Shown here piece after piece: positions 1 through 8,246 of a stretch of DNA of 50,552 bases. A program made the position numbers and the translations under genes. Within the stretch, counting starts at the first letter, position 1, and the number at the start of each line of letters is the position of its first letter. Below the pieces are notes generated by a model. That model saw nothing but the letters and a program-made list of their open reading frames with translations, was not told the origin of the DNA and searched no databases. The stretch spans positions 1-50,552 of the forward strand of contig CAZQII010000003.1 in assembly GCA_964593825.1 (NCBI GenBank), read 5' to 3'. The stretch comes from an uncultured Ruminococcus sp. GTDB taxonomy: Bacteria > Bacillota > Clostridia > Oscillospirales > CAG-272.

Positions 1-26
1 CATATCTCCTATACTTCGTTATACCT

Positions 27-55
27 ATTATACCCTTATTATACCCCTTTGTCAA
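27..55 (-). promoter_or_regulatory. Consensus sigma-A-type promoter firing leftwards out of the window
   Basis: The minus strand reads TTGACA (55..50), a 17-nt spacer, then TATAAT (32..27). AGGAG lies at 10..6. The ATG at 3..1 is only 2 nt from this SD, so the real start codon probably lies just beyond the left edge. Confidence 0.6.
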
Positions 56-151
56 TAGGGTATAATGAATTTGTGGGTATAAGCAAAAAATTACACAGTG
101 AGGTACTATGTCGGAGAATAACCGAGGCAAAGATTTTTTTGAAGCTCGAAC

Positions 152-194
152 AAAAAAGAGCCGAACCCCCTTGCAACCCACGGGGCTTCGGCTC
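152..194 (-). terminator. Rho-independent terminator after the AbrB-like gene
   Basis: A GC-rich stem pairs 158..170 with 182..194 (GAGCCGAACCCCC / GGGGCTTCGGCTC, one C:C mismatch) around an 11-nt loop. The A-run at 152..157 gives a T-run on the minus strand. Confidence 0.8.
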
Positions 195-222
195 TTTTGA
201 TCATCTGTTATCTTCCTTTGAA

Positions 223-408
223 TTAAGTATCGTGATTTATTCCGACTCTCTCCGAAATATCCATGATCGAGTACAGAAATTTGGCTACGGGTGTCAATGT
301 TGTCAGTGTCGGGTCGCCTTCTCTTATTCGCATCGTCCGCCTTATTTCCTTCGGAATAACGACGCGTCCGAGATCGTCTATCCTTCTTACTATTCCGGTC
401 GCCTTCAT
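223..408 (-). CDS. Short SpoVT/AbrB-domain DNA-binding protein (61 aa, N-domain only)
   Basis: The N-terminus MKATGIVRRIDDLGRVVIPKEIRRTMRIREGDP is the canonical AbrB/SpoVT swapped-hairpin motif. AAGGAG lies 9 nt upstream of the ATG, and a strong terminator follows. The C-terminal 28 aa do not resemble AbrB or SpoVT. Confidence 0.75.
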   Translation of the reverse strand: MKATGIVRRIDDLGRVVIPKEIRRTMRIREGDPTLTTLTPVAKFLYSIMDISERVGINHDT

Positions 409-515
409 ATATATATAAATCTCCTTTATTGCTATTTTACAGTAATATTGTTTGTACCGAGGAAATTTTTATGTAATGAAAAAATTGGAACAGCCGGTTC
501 CCTTTTGTTTTTTCG

Positions 516-545
516 CATAAAAAGAGAGCCGATATTCGGCTCTCT
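516..545 (-). terminator. Rho-independent terminator after cpsB
   Basis: The stem AGAGAGCCG / CGGCTCTCT (523..531 with 537..545) abuts the stop codon. The A-run at 518..522 gives TTTTT on the minus strand. Confidence 0.7.
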
Positions 546-1241
546 TTAATTAAAATCTATTCCAAAGCTGTCCGAGGCGCGTTTTATATTCTCAAGCAAG
601 CCGTCACCCGACAGCCGCTCGCACGCGCGCGCAAAGTTTTTATACGCCTTTTTGTCGACCGAATGTATATCGCTTCCGAGCGCGACCACATCCCCGCGGG
701 AAAGCCACTCCTTTATGTGACGCGGCAGGAAAATGTGAGAAAAGGCGTCGGCGTTCAGCTGGATCTTTGCCCCGCATTCCAAAAGCGAATTTATATCATC
801 CGAGTCGTATCTGTCCGCATGCGCAAGGACGACCTTAAAGCCGTTTTTGACCAATCTGTATACGGATTTTCGGTATTCATTCTTAAATACCGAAAAAGGC
901 AGCTCGAGCAAAATTATGTCGGTCCCCTGAATGCAAAGCCCCGCAAGCCCCTCCATTCTTTCTATCTCGTCGCATATCAGCACCTCGGCACCGAGGGCGA
1001 CGGCGGGAAGCCCCTGCCCCCTCGCGGCACTTAAGCGCGCCCATGCATCGTTTCGGCGAGCCAAGAAGCCGTCGACATTGTGCTTGTGCGGATAAAAATG
1101 CGAGGTTGCCACTATGCGCGAAACTCCGTGGGAATATGCCAATTCGAGCTGACGGACGGACTCCTCCGTCGAAGAGGAGCCGTGATCCGCATTAGGCAAA
1201 ATATGAGAATGAAAATCTATGATATCGATTTCTTTTTTCAT
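546..1241 (-). CDS. cpsB: Capsule/EPS tyrosine-protein phosphatase, PHP family (CpsB/YwqE type)
   Basis: It carries the DFHSHILPNADHGS metal-binding motif, and its PHP-fold length is about 230 aa. I chose the ATG at 1241 (MKKEIDIIDFHSH) because GGAGGAGAG lies 7 nt upstream. The longer ORF to 1280 lacks an RBS. Confidence 0.85.
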   Translation of the reverse strand: MKKEIDIIDFHSHILPNADHGSSSTEESVRQLELAYSHGVSRIVATSHFYPHKHNVDGFLARRNDAWARLSAARGQGLPAVALGAEVLICDEIERMEGLAGLCIQGTDIILLELPFSVFKNEYRKSVYRLVKNGFKVVLAHADRYDSDDINSLLECGAKIQLNADAFSHIFLPRHIKEWLSRGDVVALGSDIHSVDKKAYKNFARACERLSGDGLLENIKRASDSFGIDFN

Positions 1242-1369
1242 ATATTTCTCTCCTCCGGGATCCGGTATACGGCATTTCAATTATTTTATGATCTGTCGGA
1301 TTACTTTATTCTGTAGCCTGTGCGGAGTATTTACCGATCACGATGCGACCGAGCTCTGATCGGGTCGGA

Positions 1370-2149
1370 TCACTTCTTTGACCGGTGCGAATTTGTCTCT
1401 TCACCGTACAGATAATTGCTGTAACGGTGAGAATACTTTTTGTACTTATAGCTGTTCTTCAAATTGACGGAATCGAGAACTATTCCGAAGATTTCGGCGT
1501 TGACCGAGGAAAGCGTGCTTATCGCATCGGAGAGGCCGTTGATATCGGAATAATCCGCGCGTGCCACAATGAGATATCCGTTGATCTTATCATTCAAGAT
1601 GATGGCATCGCTGACAACATTGATCGGCGGAGTGTCGAAAATGATGTAATCGTACTCGCTCTCAAGCTCGCTTATCAGATTACGCATCTGCTTGGAGTTC
1701 AATATTCCCGCGGGATTCAGAGATTCGCCGCCAGAGATAAGGATCGAAAGACGTGAATTTTCGACCTTTTTAATATTGGGCGTTTTGTCAAGACCTAAAA
1801 GGTATTCCGTAAGTCCGGTCTCCTCGGCATCTATGCCGGGGATCAGCTGCGCCATTCTCGATTTTCTCAGATCGCAGTCAACTAAAAGTATGCGTTGCTC
1901 GTCCAGATGCTGTGCGAGCGTGAGTGCGAAATTAATGGAAACAGAGGTCTTTCCCTCGCCCGAATAGGCGCTGGTCACACATATCTTTTTGCATTTATCC
2001 TCTATCGGAAGATAGAGAATGTTCGTGCAAAGCGTTCTGTATGCTTCGAGAACGGCAAAAGGTGTTTTGTCGTTTATAATGCGGCACGCATCGTTCTCAA
2101 CAGTGTCGTGCGACCGACCCTTGCCGGATTTCTTAAACTTGATCTTCAT
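1370..2149 (-). CDS. cpsD: BY-kinase catalytic subunit (CpsD/CapB/YwqD type tyrosine-protein kinase)
   Basis: Motifs present are Walker A SGEGKTS, Walker A' LLVDCDLRK, Walker B IIFDTPP, and a C-terminal tyrosine cluster YKYKKYSHRYSNYLY. A GGAGG RBS precedes the start. Confidence 0.9.
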   Translation of the reverse strand: MKIKFKKSGKGRSHDTVENDACRIINDKTPFAVLEAYRTLCTNILYLPIEDKCKKICVTSAYSGEGKTSVSINFALTLAQHLDEQRILLVDCDLRKSRMAQLIPGIDAEETGLTEYLLGLDKTPNIKKVENSRLSILISGGESLNPAGILNSKQMRNLISELESEYDYIIFDTPPINVVSDAIILNDKINGYLIVARADYSDINGLSDAISTLSSVNAEIFGIVLDSVNLKNSYKYKKYSHRYSNYLYGEETNSHRSKK

Positions 2150-2894
2150 TAGAACCTCCGTACGTATAACGATCTGTTCCGTTGCTTATGGACTGATACG
2201 GGATAACACCGATGACCGGAATATCGAAATTATCCTCGATCTTCTTCTTATCGTGTATCGTAACATCCATAACGGCGACCACAAGAACAACGACGGCGGA
2301 AAGAATCGCGCCGACAAAAAATGCTATAACGGTATTTCTGAGTGTGTTCTTGCTGTTTGCGCCGGTGGCAACATGCGGTGCGCTTATATTTACGATCTCC
2401 GCTATGCTCGATGCGGACTGCGAAAGAGACTCAATCTCCTCCCTCAGACATTCGTCGACGGTGCTCGCAATATTAAATGCAGTGTTCCTATCGTCGCATG
2501 TTATAGAAAAGGTGAACGTCTGACTGTCCGTATTGCCGGAAAAGCTGAACATGGATGTAAAATCCGACTTTGTTATATTTAAATTACATGCGGGATCGTC
2601 ATTTATCCGTCTGACGCAAGTCTCGGAAAAGGAATCACCCTCAACCAAGCTCTTATACTTGGTAATGGTGTTCTTGGTAATTTGTGCCTCGTAAATTTGT
2701 GAATTCAGCGACGTGCTGCTGTCACAGAAAACGAGATAAGTGGACGACGATGTATACGTATCCTTCTTTGTAAACGAGACCGTAAACAGTGCGGCGGCGC
2801 ACACAGCGGCAACCAGCAGTATGAGCCAAAGCTTGGGTATCAGAATATCAACGTAGTCTTTAATTGTGCGTTCTTTCTTTTGTTGCTTCTCCAT
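2133..2894 (-). CDS. cpsC: Wzz/CpsC-type chain-length determinant / kinase transmembrane activator (YwqC type)
   Basis: There are two TM segments (N-terminal LWLILLVAAVCAAALF and C-terminal VIAFFVGAILSAVVVLVVAV). The cytoplasmic tail is DIPVIGVIP. The gene has an AGGAGG RBS and overlaps cpsD by 17 nt. Confidence 0.8.
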   Translation of the reverse strand: MEKQQKKERTIKDYVDILIPKLWLILLVAAVCAAALFTVSFTKKDTYTSSSTYLVFCDSSTSLNSQIYEAQITKNTITKYKSLVEGDSFSETCVRRINDDPACNLNITKSDFTSMFSFSGNTDSQTFTFSITCDDRNTAFNIASTVDECLREEIESLSQSASSIAEIVNISAPHVATGANSKNTLRNTVIAFFVGAILSAVVVLVVAVMDVTIHDKKKIEDNFDIPVIGVIPYQSISNGTDRYTYGGSNEDQV

Positions 2895-2947
2895 TTATTA
2901 TTAACCTCCTGCCAAGAAAAGACATAACACGACTTGATTTTAGACAA

Positions 2948-2982
2948 ATATATGCGCCGCTAAAATGCGGCGGCGCATATAT
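2948..2982 (-). terminator. Hairpin (13-bp stem) downstream of the lipoprotein gene, probable terminator
   Basis: ATATATGCGCCGC (2948..2960) pairs perfectly with GCGGCGCATATAT (2970..2982). The minus-strand tail ATTTGTCT is only moderately U-rich. Confidence 0.5.
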
Positions 2983-3002
2983 AAGCAATTATTGAATAAT
3001 TA

Positions 3003-4418
3003 TTACTCAGCAAGAGAGGCTGTCAAGACCCATTTTGCATAAAGCTTAACAACGCCTTTACCGTAGTTGATCTCTTTTACCAGAGAATCGGATGAGAACG
3101 TGGGATTGGTATACCAGCCCATGAACGTATATCCGGCATTCTCGGGAGTATATTTGCTAAGATCGAGCTTGGTGTTTGTAAGTCCGACAACAGGCTCAAA
3201 GCCCTCGCTCCATTCACCGTCACCGAGATCGTAGGAGATCCACGTAGTGCATGTTGCGTCATTATCGGGTGTCCAGTATACATGATCCTCGCACTCGCAT
3301 CCGTCCGCGCAGAATATGCACACATCCGCACAGTTATACGCCTTGTAGATATCGCCGGTGTATTTGAGCGACATCCTGTAGGTCGTGCTCGACATATTGT
3401 CACGGCTGTTAAGATAAGCGGGTACGGCATAGGTTATACCGTTCACGACCTTGGTGCTGTAATTGATGCCCTCGACACCGTACTGAAGAAGATTGCGATA
3501 ATAGGAAACGCTGTTTATCGCATAAATGACGCGCATTGCGCGCTCCGCATACTCGGCGTTACCTGTAATTGCAAATGCGCTCGAGAGCACATCGGCCTTC
3601 GTTGCGACGGGAGTGGAGGTGATGACTGTATAGCAGTCGTTCTGAGCGGAAACGATATCGCCGTAGTAGCCCTCGATGTCCGTTTTGATGAACTCGTTAA
3701 GGCTCGCCTCGATATCGGACTCCGAGCATCCGGGATAACGTGCGCTGTAAACTTCCCTGAATTTTGCGGCAAGAGCATCGATGTCCGCGGCGCTCTTACA
3801 ATCCTTTGCCATATGGCTCAGAGAAAAATCTATCGCGATTGCCTTGTTGATAAGGCTGTAGGTGTAATTTCCGTATACATGGTTGTTGGGGATCGCATAC
3901 AGAACGGACTCGCCATCAACCTCGTCCTCAATGCCGTAAGCAACATTAAGAAGCTCGCCGATCTGCTTTTTCAGCGTTCCGTAGCTGTAAGAGGTCGATT
4001 CGATAAGCGGCGCGACATTTACAAGCACACCCATTCTCTTGAGCTCGCTGTAAAGCTCCTCGCTGTTTACGAGAACGACGGAAACCTTATTGCTCTCCTC
4101 GGTGCCTACGTTCCTGTGAGCGTTTATAACGGTATTCCTATACTCGCTGGCCGAAATGTAATGCATCGTAACAGCGGTGTTATAATCGCTTTTGAACATA
4201 TCGTTCATTTTATTTCCTACCGTGAGATTAGCCGCGTTTGCCGAACCGTCGCCGCCGATTATGTAAAAATCGACAGTAACCGTGTCTTCCTTCTCCGGTA
4301 TTTCAAGATCAAAATCATCCAAAGCATCTTCAGCCTGCGAAAGGATATCGTCGTTACATGAAACAAGCAGCATGCACATCGAAGCGATCGCAAGTATCAG
4401 ACATATAATTCTCTTCAT
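3003..4418 (-). CDS. Lipoprotein: solute-binding-protein-like domain + Cys-rich segment + C-terminal Listeria-Bacteroides (Flg_new-type) repeat
   Basis: The signal peptide has a lipobox (MKRIICLILAIASMCMLLVS|C). The body resembles family-1 ABC substrate-binding lipoproteins (VTVDFYIIGG..., ...YGVEGINYS). A Cys cluster CADVCIFCADGCECEDH follows. The C-terminus YTFMGWYTNPTFSSD...VKLYAKW is typical of the Flg_new/InlB-B-like repeat. Confidence 0.6.
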   Translation of the reverse strand: MKRIICLILAIASMCMLLVSCNDDILSQAEDALDDFDLEIPEKEDTVTVDFYIIGGDGSANAANLTVGNKMNDMFKSDYNTAVTMHYISASEYRNTVINAHRNVGTEESNKVSVVLVNSEELYSELKRMGVLVNVAPLIESTSYSYGTLKKQIGELLNVAYGIEDEVDGESVLYAIPNNHVYGNYTYSLINKAIAIDFSLSHMAKDCKSAADIDALAAKFREVYSARYPGCSESDIEASLNEFIKTDIEGYYGDIVSAQNDCYTVITSTPVATKADVLSSAFAITGNAEYAERAMRVIYAINSVSYYRNLLQYGVEGINYSTKVVNGITYAVPAYLNSRDNMSSTTYRMSLKYTGDIYKAYNCADVCIFCADGCECEDHVYWTPDNDATCTTWISYDLGDGEWSEGFEPVVGLTNTKLDLSKYTPENAGYTFMGWYTNPTFSSDSLVKEINYGKGVVKLYAKWVLTASLAE

Positions 4419-4457
4419 TATGTAAAAAGACCTCCAAAAAGATTAGCTTACTGTAAT

Positions 4458-4486
4458 ATTTTACACTATAACTTTGCAAAAGTCAA
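4458..4486 (-). promoter_or_regulatory. Sigma-A-type promoter for the lipoprotein gene
   Basis: The minus strand reads TTGACT (4486..4481), a 17-nt spacer, then TAAAAT (4463..4458). Confidence 0.55.
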
Positions 4487-4570
4487 GCGATTTTATATTA
4501 ATTCAAATATTTAACAAATTCTTAGTCATACTATACAAAAACCGCTTTTGCTTTTTGTGTAAGTTGACTG

Positions 4571-5626
4571 TCAGTTAGCGAGATAATCCTTGAGAGTTTT
4601 GGATCTCGAGGGGTGGCGCAGCTTTCTTAACGCCTTTGCCTCGATCTGTCTTATACGCTCACGCGTGATGTCAAATTTCTTTCCGACCTCCTCGAGCGTT
4701 CTCGGTCTTCCGTCCTCGAGGCCGAAGCGGAGCTTTATCACCTGCTCCTCGCGCGGCGTCAGGGTGTGAAGTATGTTGCAGAGCTGCTCGCGCAAAAGGG
4801 CGTACGACGCGCTGTCCGAGGGGGCGGGAGACTCGTTGTCCTCGACGAAATCGCCGAGATGGCTGTCCTCCTCCTCGCCTATGGGAGTTTCGAGCGAAAC
4901 GGGATCCTGAGCGATCTTCATTATTTCCCTGACCTTTTCCGGCGTCATGCCGAGCTTCTCCGCAATCTCATCCGTAGTGGGCTCGCGTCCGAATTCCTGC
5001 AGGAGCTGGCGTGCGGTCCTTGAGACCTTATGGATCGTTTCGACCATATGGACGGGGATCCTTATCGTTCTCGCCTGATCGGCGATGGCTCTCGTGATCG
5101 CCTGTCTTATCCACCATGTGGCATAGGTGGAAAACTTATATCCCTTACTGTAATCGAACTTTTCCACCGCCTTCATAAGGCCGAGGTTGCCCTCTTGGAT
5201 GAGGTCGAGGAAGTACATGCCCTTTCCCACGTGGCGCTTGGCTATGCTTACGACAAGACGCAAATTCGCCTCGATGAGCTCGTTTTTCGCCTCTTCGTTT
5301 CCGAGCGTTATCTGCTCTGCGAGGTAGAGCTCGCGCTCTGGGGTGAGGAGCGGAATCTTTCCTATTTCCTTAAGATACATGCGGACGGGATCGTCGATCG
5401 TGACAACGCCCTCAAGAAGCTTGTCCATATTTTCAACGGATTTTGCGTCCTGCTCGATCTCCTTCATGTCATCGTTTTCGAGCTCGTCGGGTGAAACGGA
5501 ATCGATGTCCACCTGCGTCAGATCGAAATTGATATCCTCGAGCGCCGCAACAAGGTGCGACTCGCCGATAACACCCGTTCCTCTTGAATCGATATACTCA
5601 TTTACGTCAATTTTATCTCTGCTCAT
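4571..5626 (-). CDS. rpoD: Primary RNA polymerase sigma factor (RpoD/SigA)
   Basis: Region 2 is [63 protein letters not shown]. Region 4 is [29 protein letters not shown]. The gene lies directly downstream of dnaG. Confidence 0.97.
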   Translation of the reverse strand: MSRDKIDVNEYIDSRGTGVIGESHLVAALEDINFDLTQVDIDSVSPDELENDDMKEIEQDAKSVENMDKLLEGVVTIDDPVRMYLKEIGKIPLLTPERELYLAEQITLGNEEAKNELIEANLRLVVSIAKRHVGKGMYFLDLIQEGNLGLMKAVEKFDYSKGYKFSTYATWWIRQAITRAIADQARTIRIPVHMVETIHKVSRTARQLLQEFGREPTTDEIAEKLGMTPEKVREIMKIAQDPVSLETPIGEEEDSHLGDFVEDNESPAPSDSASYALLREQLCNILHTLTPREEQVIKLRFGLEDGRPRTLEEVGKKFDITRERIRQIEAKALRKLRHPSRSKTLKDYLAN

Positions 5627-5651
5627 TTTTTATACCTTCCTTTTAAGTTAC

Positions 5652-7415
5652 TTAATTATCGCGCTTTTTTGCCAAAAGCTCGTTAAGCCCTTCATATGTA
5701 TTGGTCTTGGATGCCTTTTTTTTGCTAACCGCCTGCTTGAGATTATTAATGCTCTCCTCGAGGATCTTATCCCCGTTGTCGGTAAATTCCGCGCGTGCCA
5801 TGCGCATTCGCGTGATCCTGCCCGTCTCGCTCGGGGTAAACACCTCGTCAAAGCTCGGCAGAGCCGTGTCCACGGGAGAATATGCATCCTTGAGAAAAGC
5901 AAATATCCTCCTGTTCAGATCCGTGAAGAAATCGTCCTCGCACAAAAGTCCGTTCTCGAAAACCTGCTTACGATTGCTCGGCATATATAGAAGCAAGCCA
6001 AGCACGGTTTCTTCGTTTTTCGCAATGGCAGGTGCCTTGACGAAATCGGGATTTGTGCGGTCGGTGAACCCTTCGCTTTGGCGCACCAGCCTCTTTGATT
6101 CCTCCTTTTTGAAATTGGAGGCCCGCTTGGCTATGATCCTGTCGACATCGTTCTTCAGGCTCTTTATGTCAACGGAAAACTCGGCCGCGATCTCTCTCAT
6201 ATAAATATCGCGTTCTGCCGCCGAATAAACCGCAGAAATTAAGTTTTCGATCTCTTTCAGCGCCTTGATCTTATCCTGCGGCAAATTAATGTCATAGCGT
6301 GAGAGCACGTTTTCGACATTATATTCGAATTCGCTCTTTGCTCCCTCGATAAGCTGCATGAACTTATCCTTGCCGTACGTTTTTATGTACTCGTCGGGAT
6401 CCTTGGAGTCCGGGATCTTCAGCACGCTCACATCCATGCCGACGTCGCCGAGGATCCTCAATGCTCTGTCCGCGGCTTTTCTTCCCGCCTCGTCGGAATC
6501 GTAGGAGATCACGACCTTTTTCGTATATCTGCTCATCATCCGCGCCTGCTCCGACGTGATGGCCGTTCCGAGCGTGGCGACCGCATTCGTTATTCCCGCG
6601 GAATGCAGCGCTATGACATCCATATATCCCTCGCAAAGCACCAGCGTTTCCCCGCAGGACATACGGGCGAAATTAAGCGCGAAGAGATTTCTGGATTTTT
6701 TAAAGACCGGAGTGTCTGAGGAGTTTTTGTATTTCGGCTTCGAATCGTCCATTACTCGCCCGCCGAAGGCGATGACACTGCCGGAGACATCGATTATCGG
6801 GAACATTACGCGGTTCCTGAATGTATCGTAATATGTGCCTCTGTCGTTTTTTGCACATAAAAAGCCCTCGACAAGCTCATCGTAGCCGTAACCGAGCTTC
6901 CTCATATAGTTTGAAAAGGCGTTGAAGCTGTTCGGCGCAAATCCGAGTCCGAAATGCTTGAGCGTTGCGACGGAGAGTCCTCTTTTTTCCGTGAAATAAG
7001 CCAGCGCCGCCTTGGCATCGGCATCTTCGGAAAACAGGCACTTGTGGAAGAACCTTGCGGCGTCGGTATTCATTTTTAAAAACCGCGATTTATCGACCCT
7101 TTTCTCCTCATAGCCGCGTGCACCAGACGCCGGGATCGTGATCCCCGCGCGCTTTGCCAAAAATTCGACCGCATCGACATAATCGAGATGCTCCATCTGC
7201 TTCACGAACGTTACGGCATCGCCCCCGATTCCGCATCCGAAGCAGTAAAAGCTGTTGTCGGACGGATATACGACGAAGGACGGCGTTTTTTCGCTGTGAA
7301 ACGGGCAAAGCCCCTTTAGGTTTGAGCCGGCTCTCTTGAGAGAAACATAGCTTCCAATAAGAGATTCTATATCATTGCGAAGAAGTATTTCATCTATGAT
7401 CTCCTTGCTGATCAC
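5652..7415 (-). CDS. dnaG: DNA primase
   Basis: It has the zinc ribbon CPFHSEKTPSFVVYPSDNSFYCFGCGIGGD and the TOPRIM motif CEGYMDVIAL. The start is GTG at 7415, with AGGAGGAG 9 nt upstream. Confidence 0.95.
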   Translation of the reverse strand: MISKEIIDEILLRNDIESLIGSYVSLKRAGSNLKGLCPFHSEKTPSFVVYPSDNSFYCFGCGIGGDAVTFVKQMEHLDYVDAVEFLAKRAGITIPASGARGYEEKRVDKSRFLKMNTDAARFFHKCLFSEDADAKAALAYFTEKRGLSVATLKHFGLGFAPNSFNAFSNYMRKLGYGYDELVEGFLCAKNDRGTYYDTFRNRVMFPIIDVSGSVIAFGGRVMDDSKPKYKNSSDTPVFKKSRNLFALNFARMSCGETLVLCEGYMDVIALHSAGITNAVATLGTAITSEQARMMSRYTKKVVISYDSDEAGRKAADRALRILGDVGMDVSVLKIPDSKDPDEYIKTYGKDKFMQLIEGAKSEFEYNVENVLSRYDINLPQDKIKALKEIENLISAVYSAAERDIYMREIAAEFSVDIKSLKNDVDRIIAKRASNFKKEESKRLVRQSEGFTDRTNPDFVKAPAIAKNEETVLGLLLYMPSNRKQVFENGLLCEDDFFTDLNRRIFAFLKDAYSPVDTALPSFDEVFTPSETGRITRMRMARAEFTDNGDKILEESINNLKQAVSKKKASKTNTYEGLNELLAKKRDN

Positions 7416-7544
7416 CTGCGGATTCTCCTCCTTTCATACAAAATTAAAGCAATCTTGGGCGGCAAATCCGCCTTATTTAACTCTTGATCATTCATAATAT
7501 ACGACAAAAAACTCAAAAAACACTTTTTTGAGCTTTGTTTTTAT

Positions 7545-8165
7545 TTAAAAATCGTATTTTTCGCCCAAGGATGCTATATCGATCCTTGCAGCTGTAATCT
7601 GCGTGAGCTCGTCGCACAGCTTTGCATACTCCGACGAGCGCACACTGCCGCATATAATAACATCGTTGCCGTATTCGGTATCGGCGATCCTGAAGCCGTA
7701 TTTACCGAGAGCGCCGCCAAGACGCTGATAGTCGGAATAGCTTACGCCGATCTTCATTTGAGTATACATATCGTATGTTATTATTTGTGCGGCCTTCAAT
7801 GCACCGACGGCGGCGGCGGTATATGCGTGGACGAGTCCGCCCGTGCCGAGGAGCGTGCCGCCGAAATACCGCGTGACAACGACGACAACGTCCGTGCACG
7901 AATTTTTTCTTATGGTATCGAGCACGGGCATGCCCGCCGTGCCCTGCGGCTCTCTGTCATCCGTAAAGCGCGCGGTAAAATTTTCACGCAGGTTATATGC
8001 GTACACATGGTGCTTTGCATCGGGATATTTCTTTTTGCGGGAGTCTATGAACATCAGAGCCTCGGCCTCGGAGCTTACGGCATTTGCCTCTCCGATAAAC
8101 ACAGATCTCCGATCCTCATATTCAAAGCACCCGTAGCCCAACACCGTGGTATAAGAATCAGACAT
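7545..8165 (-). CDS. yigZ: YigZ/IMPACT-family protein (UPF0029)
   Basis: It has the HHVYAY...EPQGTAGMPVL...VVVTRYFGGTLLGTGGLVHAY signature of the YigZ N-terminal domain. Confidence 0.8.
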   Translation of the reverse strand: MSDSYTTVLGYGCFEYEDRRSVFIGEANAVSSEAEALMFIDSRKKKYPDAKHHVYAYNLRENFTARFTDDREPQGTAGMPVLDTIRKNSCTDVVVVVTRYFGGTLLGTGGLVHAYTAAAVGALKAAQIITYDMYTQMKIGVSYSDYQRLGGALGKYGFRIADTEYGNDVIICGSVRSSEYAKLCDELTQITAARIDIASLGEKYDF

Positions 8166-8246
8166 ATCGATTTCCGTTCTGCCGCATTATATGCGGCGAT
8201 GCAAGTAGTTTTTTGTGTTACGGTATCATCCGAATATAATTACGCA

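Noticed and set aside
1-3. CAT at 1-3 (ATG on the minus strand) considered as the start of the leftward gene.
   Set aside because: It is only 2 nt from the AGGAG Shine-Dalgarno sequence, which is too close. The real start is probably outside the window, so no CDS is reported.
223-408. The idea that the AbrB-like gene is a frameshifted spoVT.
   Set aside because: Translating the other two frames after the divergence point gives an immediate stop in one. The other gives sequence (PDTDNIDTRSQISVLDHGYF...) with no SpoVT or AbrB similarity. A terminator follows directly.
49-549. A 166-aa plus-strand ORF spanning the AbrB-like locus.
   Set aside because: It is antisense to a gene with a good RBS and a canonical motif. 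It crosses two terminator hairpins and has no RBS or family resemblance.
3282-4361. Long ORFs antisense to well-supported genes. These are 3282-4361, 7758-8852, 23862-25052, 28386-29360, 43509-44609, 46493-47683 and similar.
   Set aside because: Each lies opposite a gene with unmistakable family motifs. They lack RBSs and have Arg/Ser/Ala-rich low-complexity translations. Such shadow ORFs are expected from the codon usage of the sense strand.
8181-8197. A 7-bp-stem palindrome GCCGCAT-TAT-ATGCGGC between hflX and yigZ, considered as a terminator.
   Set aside because: No U-run follows on either strand. yigZ starts 15 nt further on, so the genes are probably co-transcribed.
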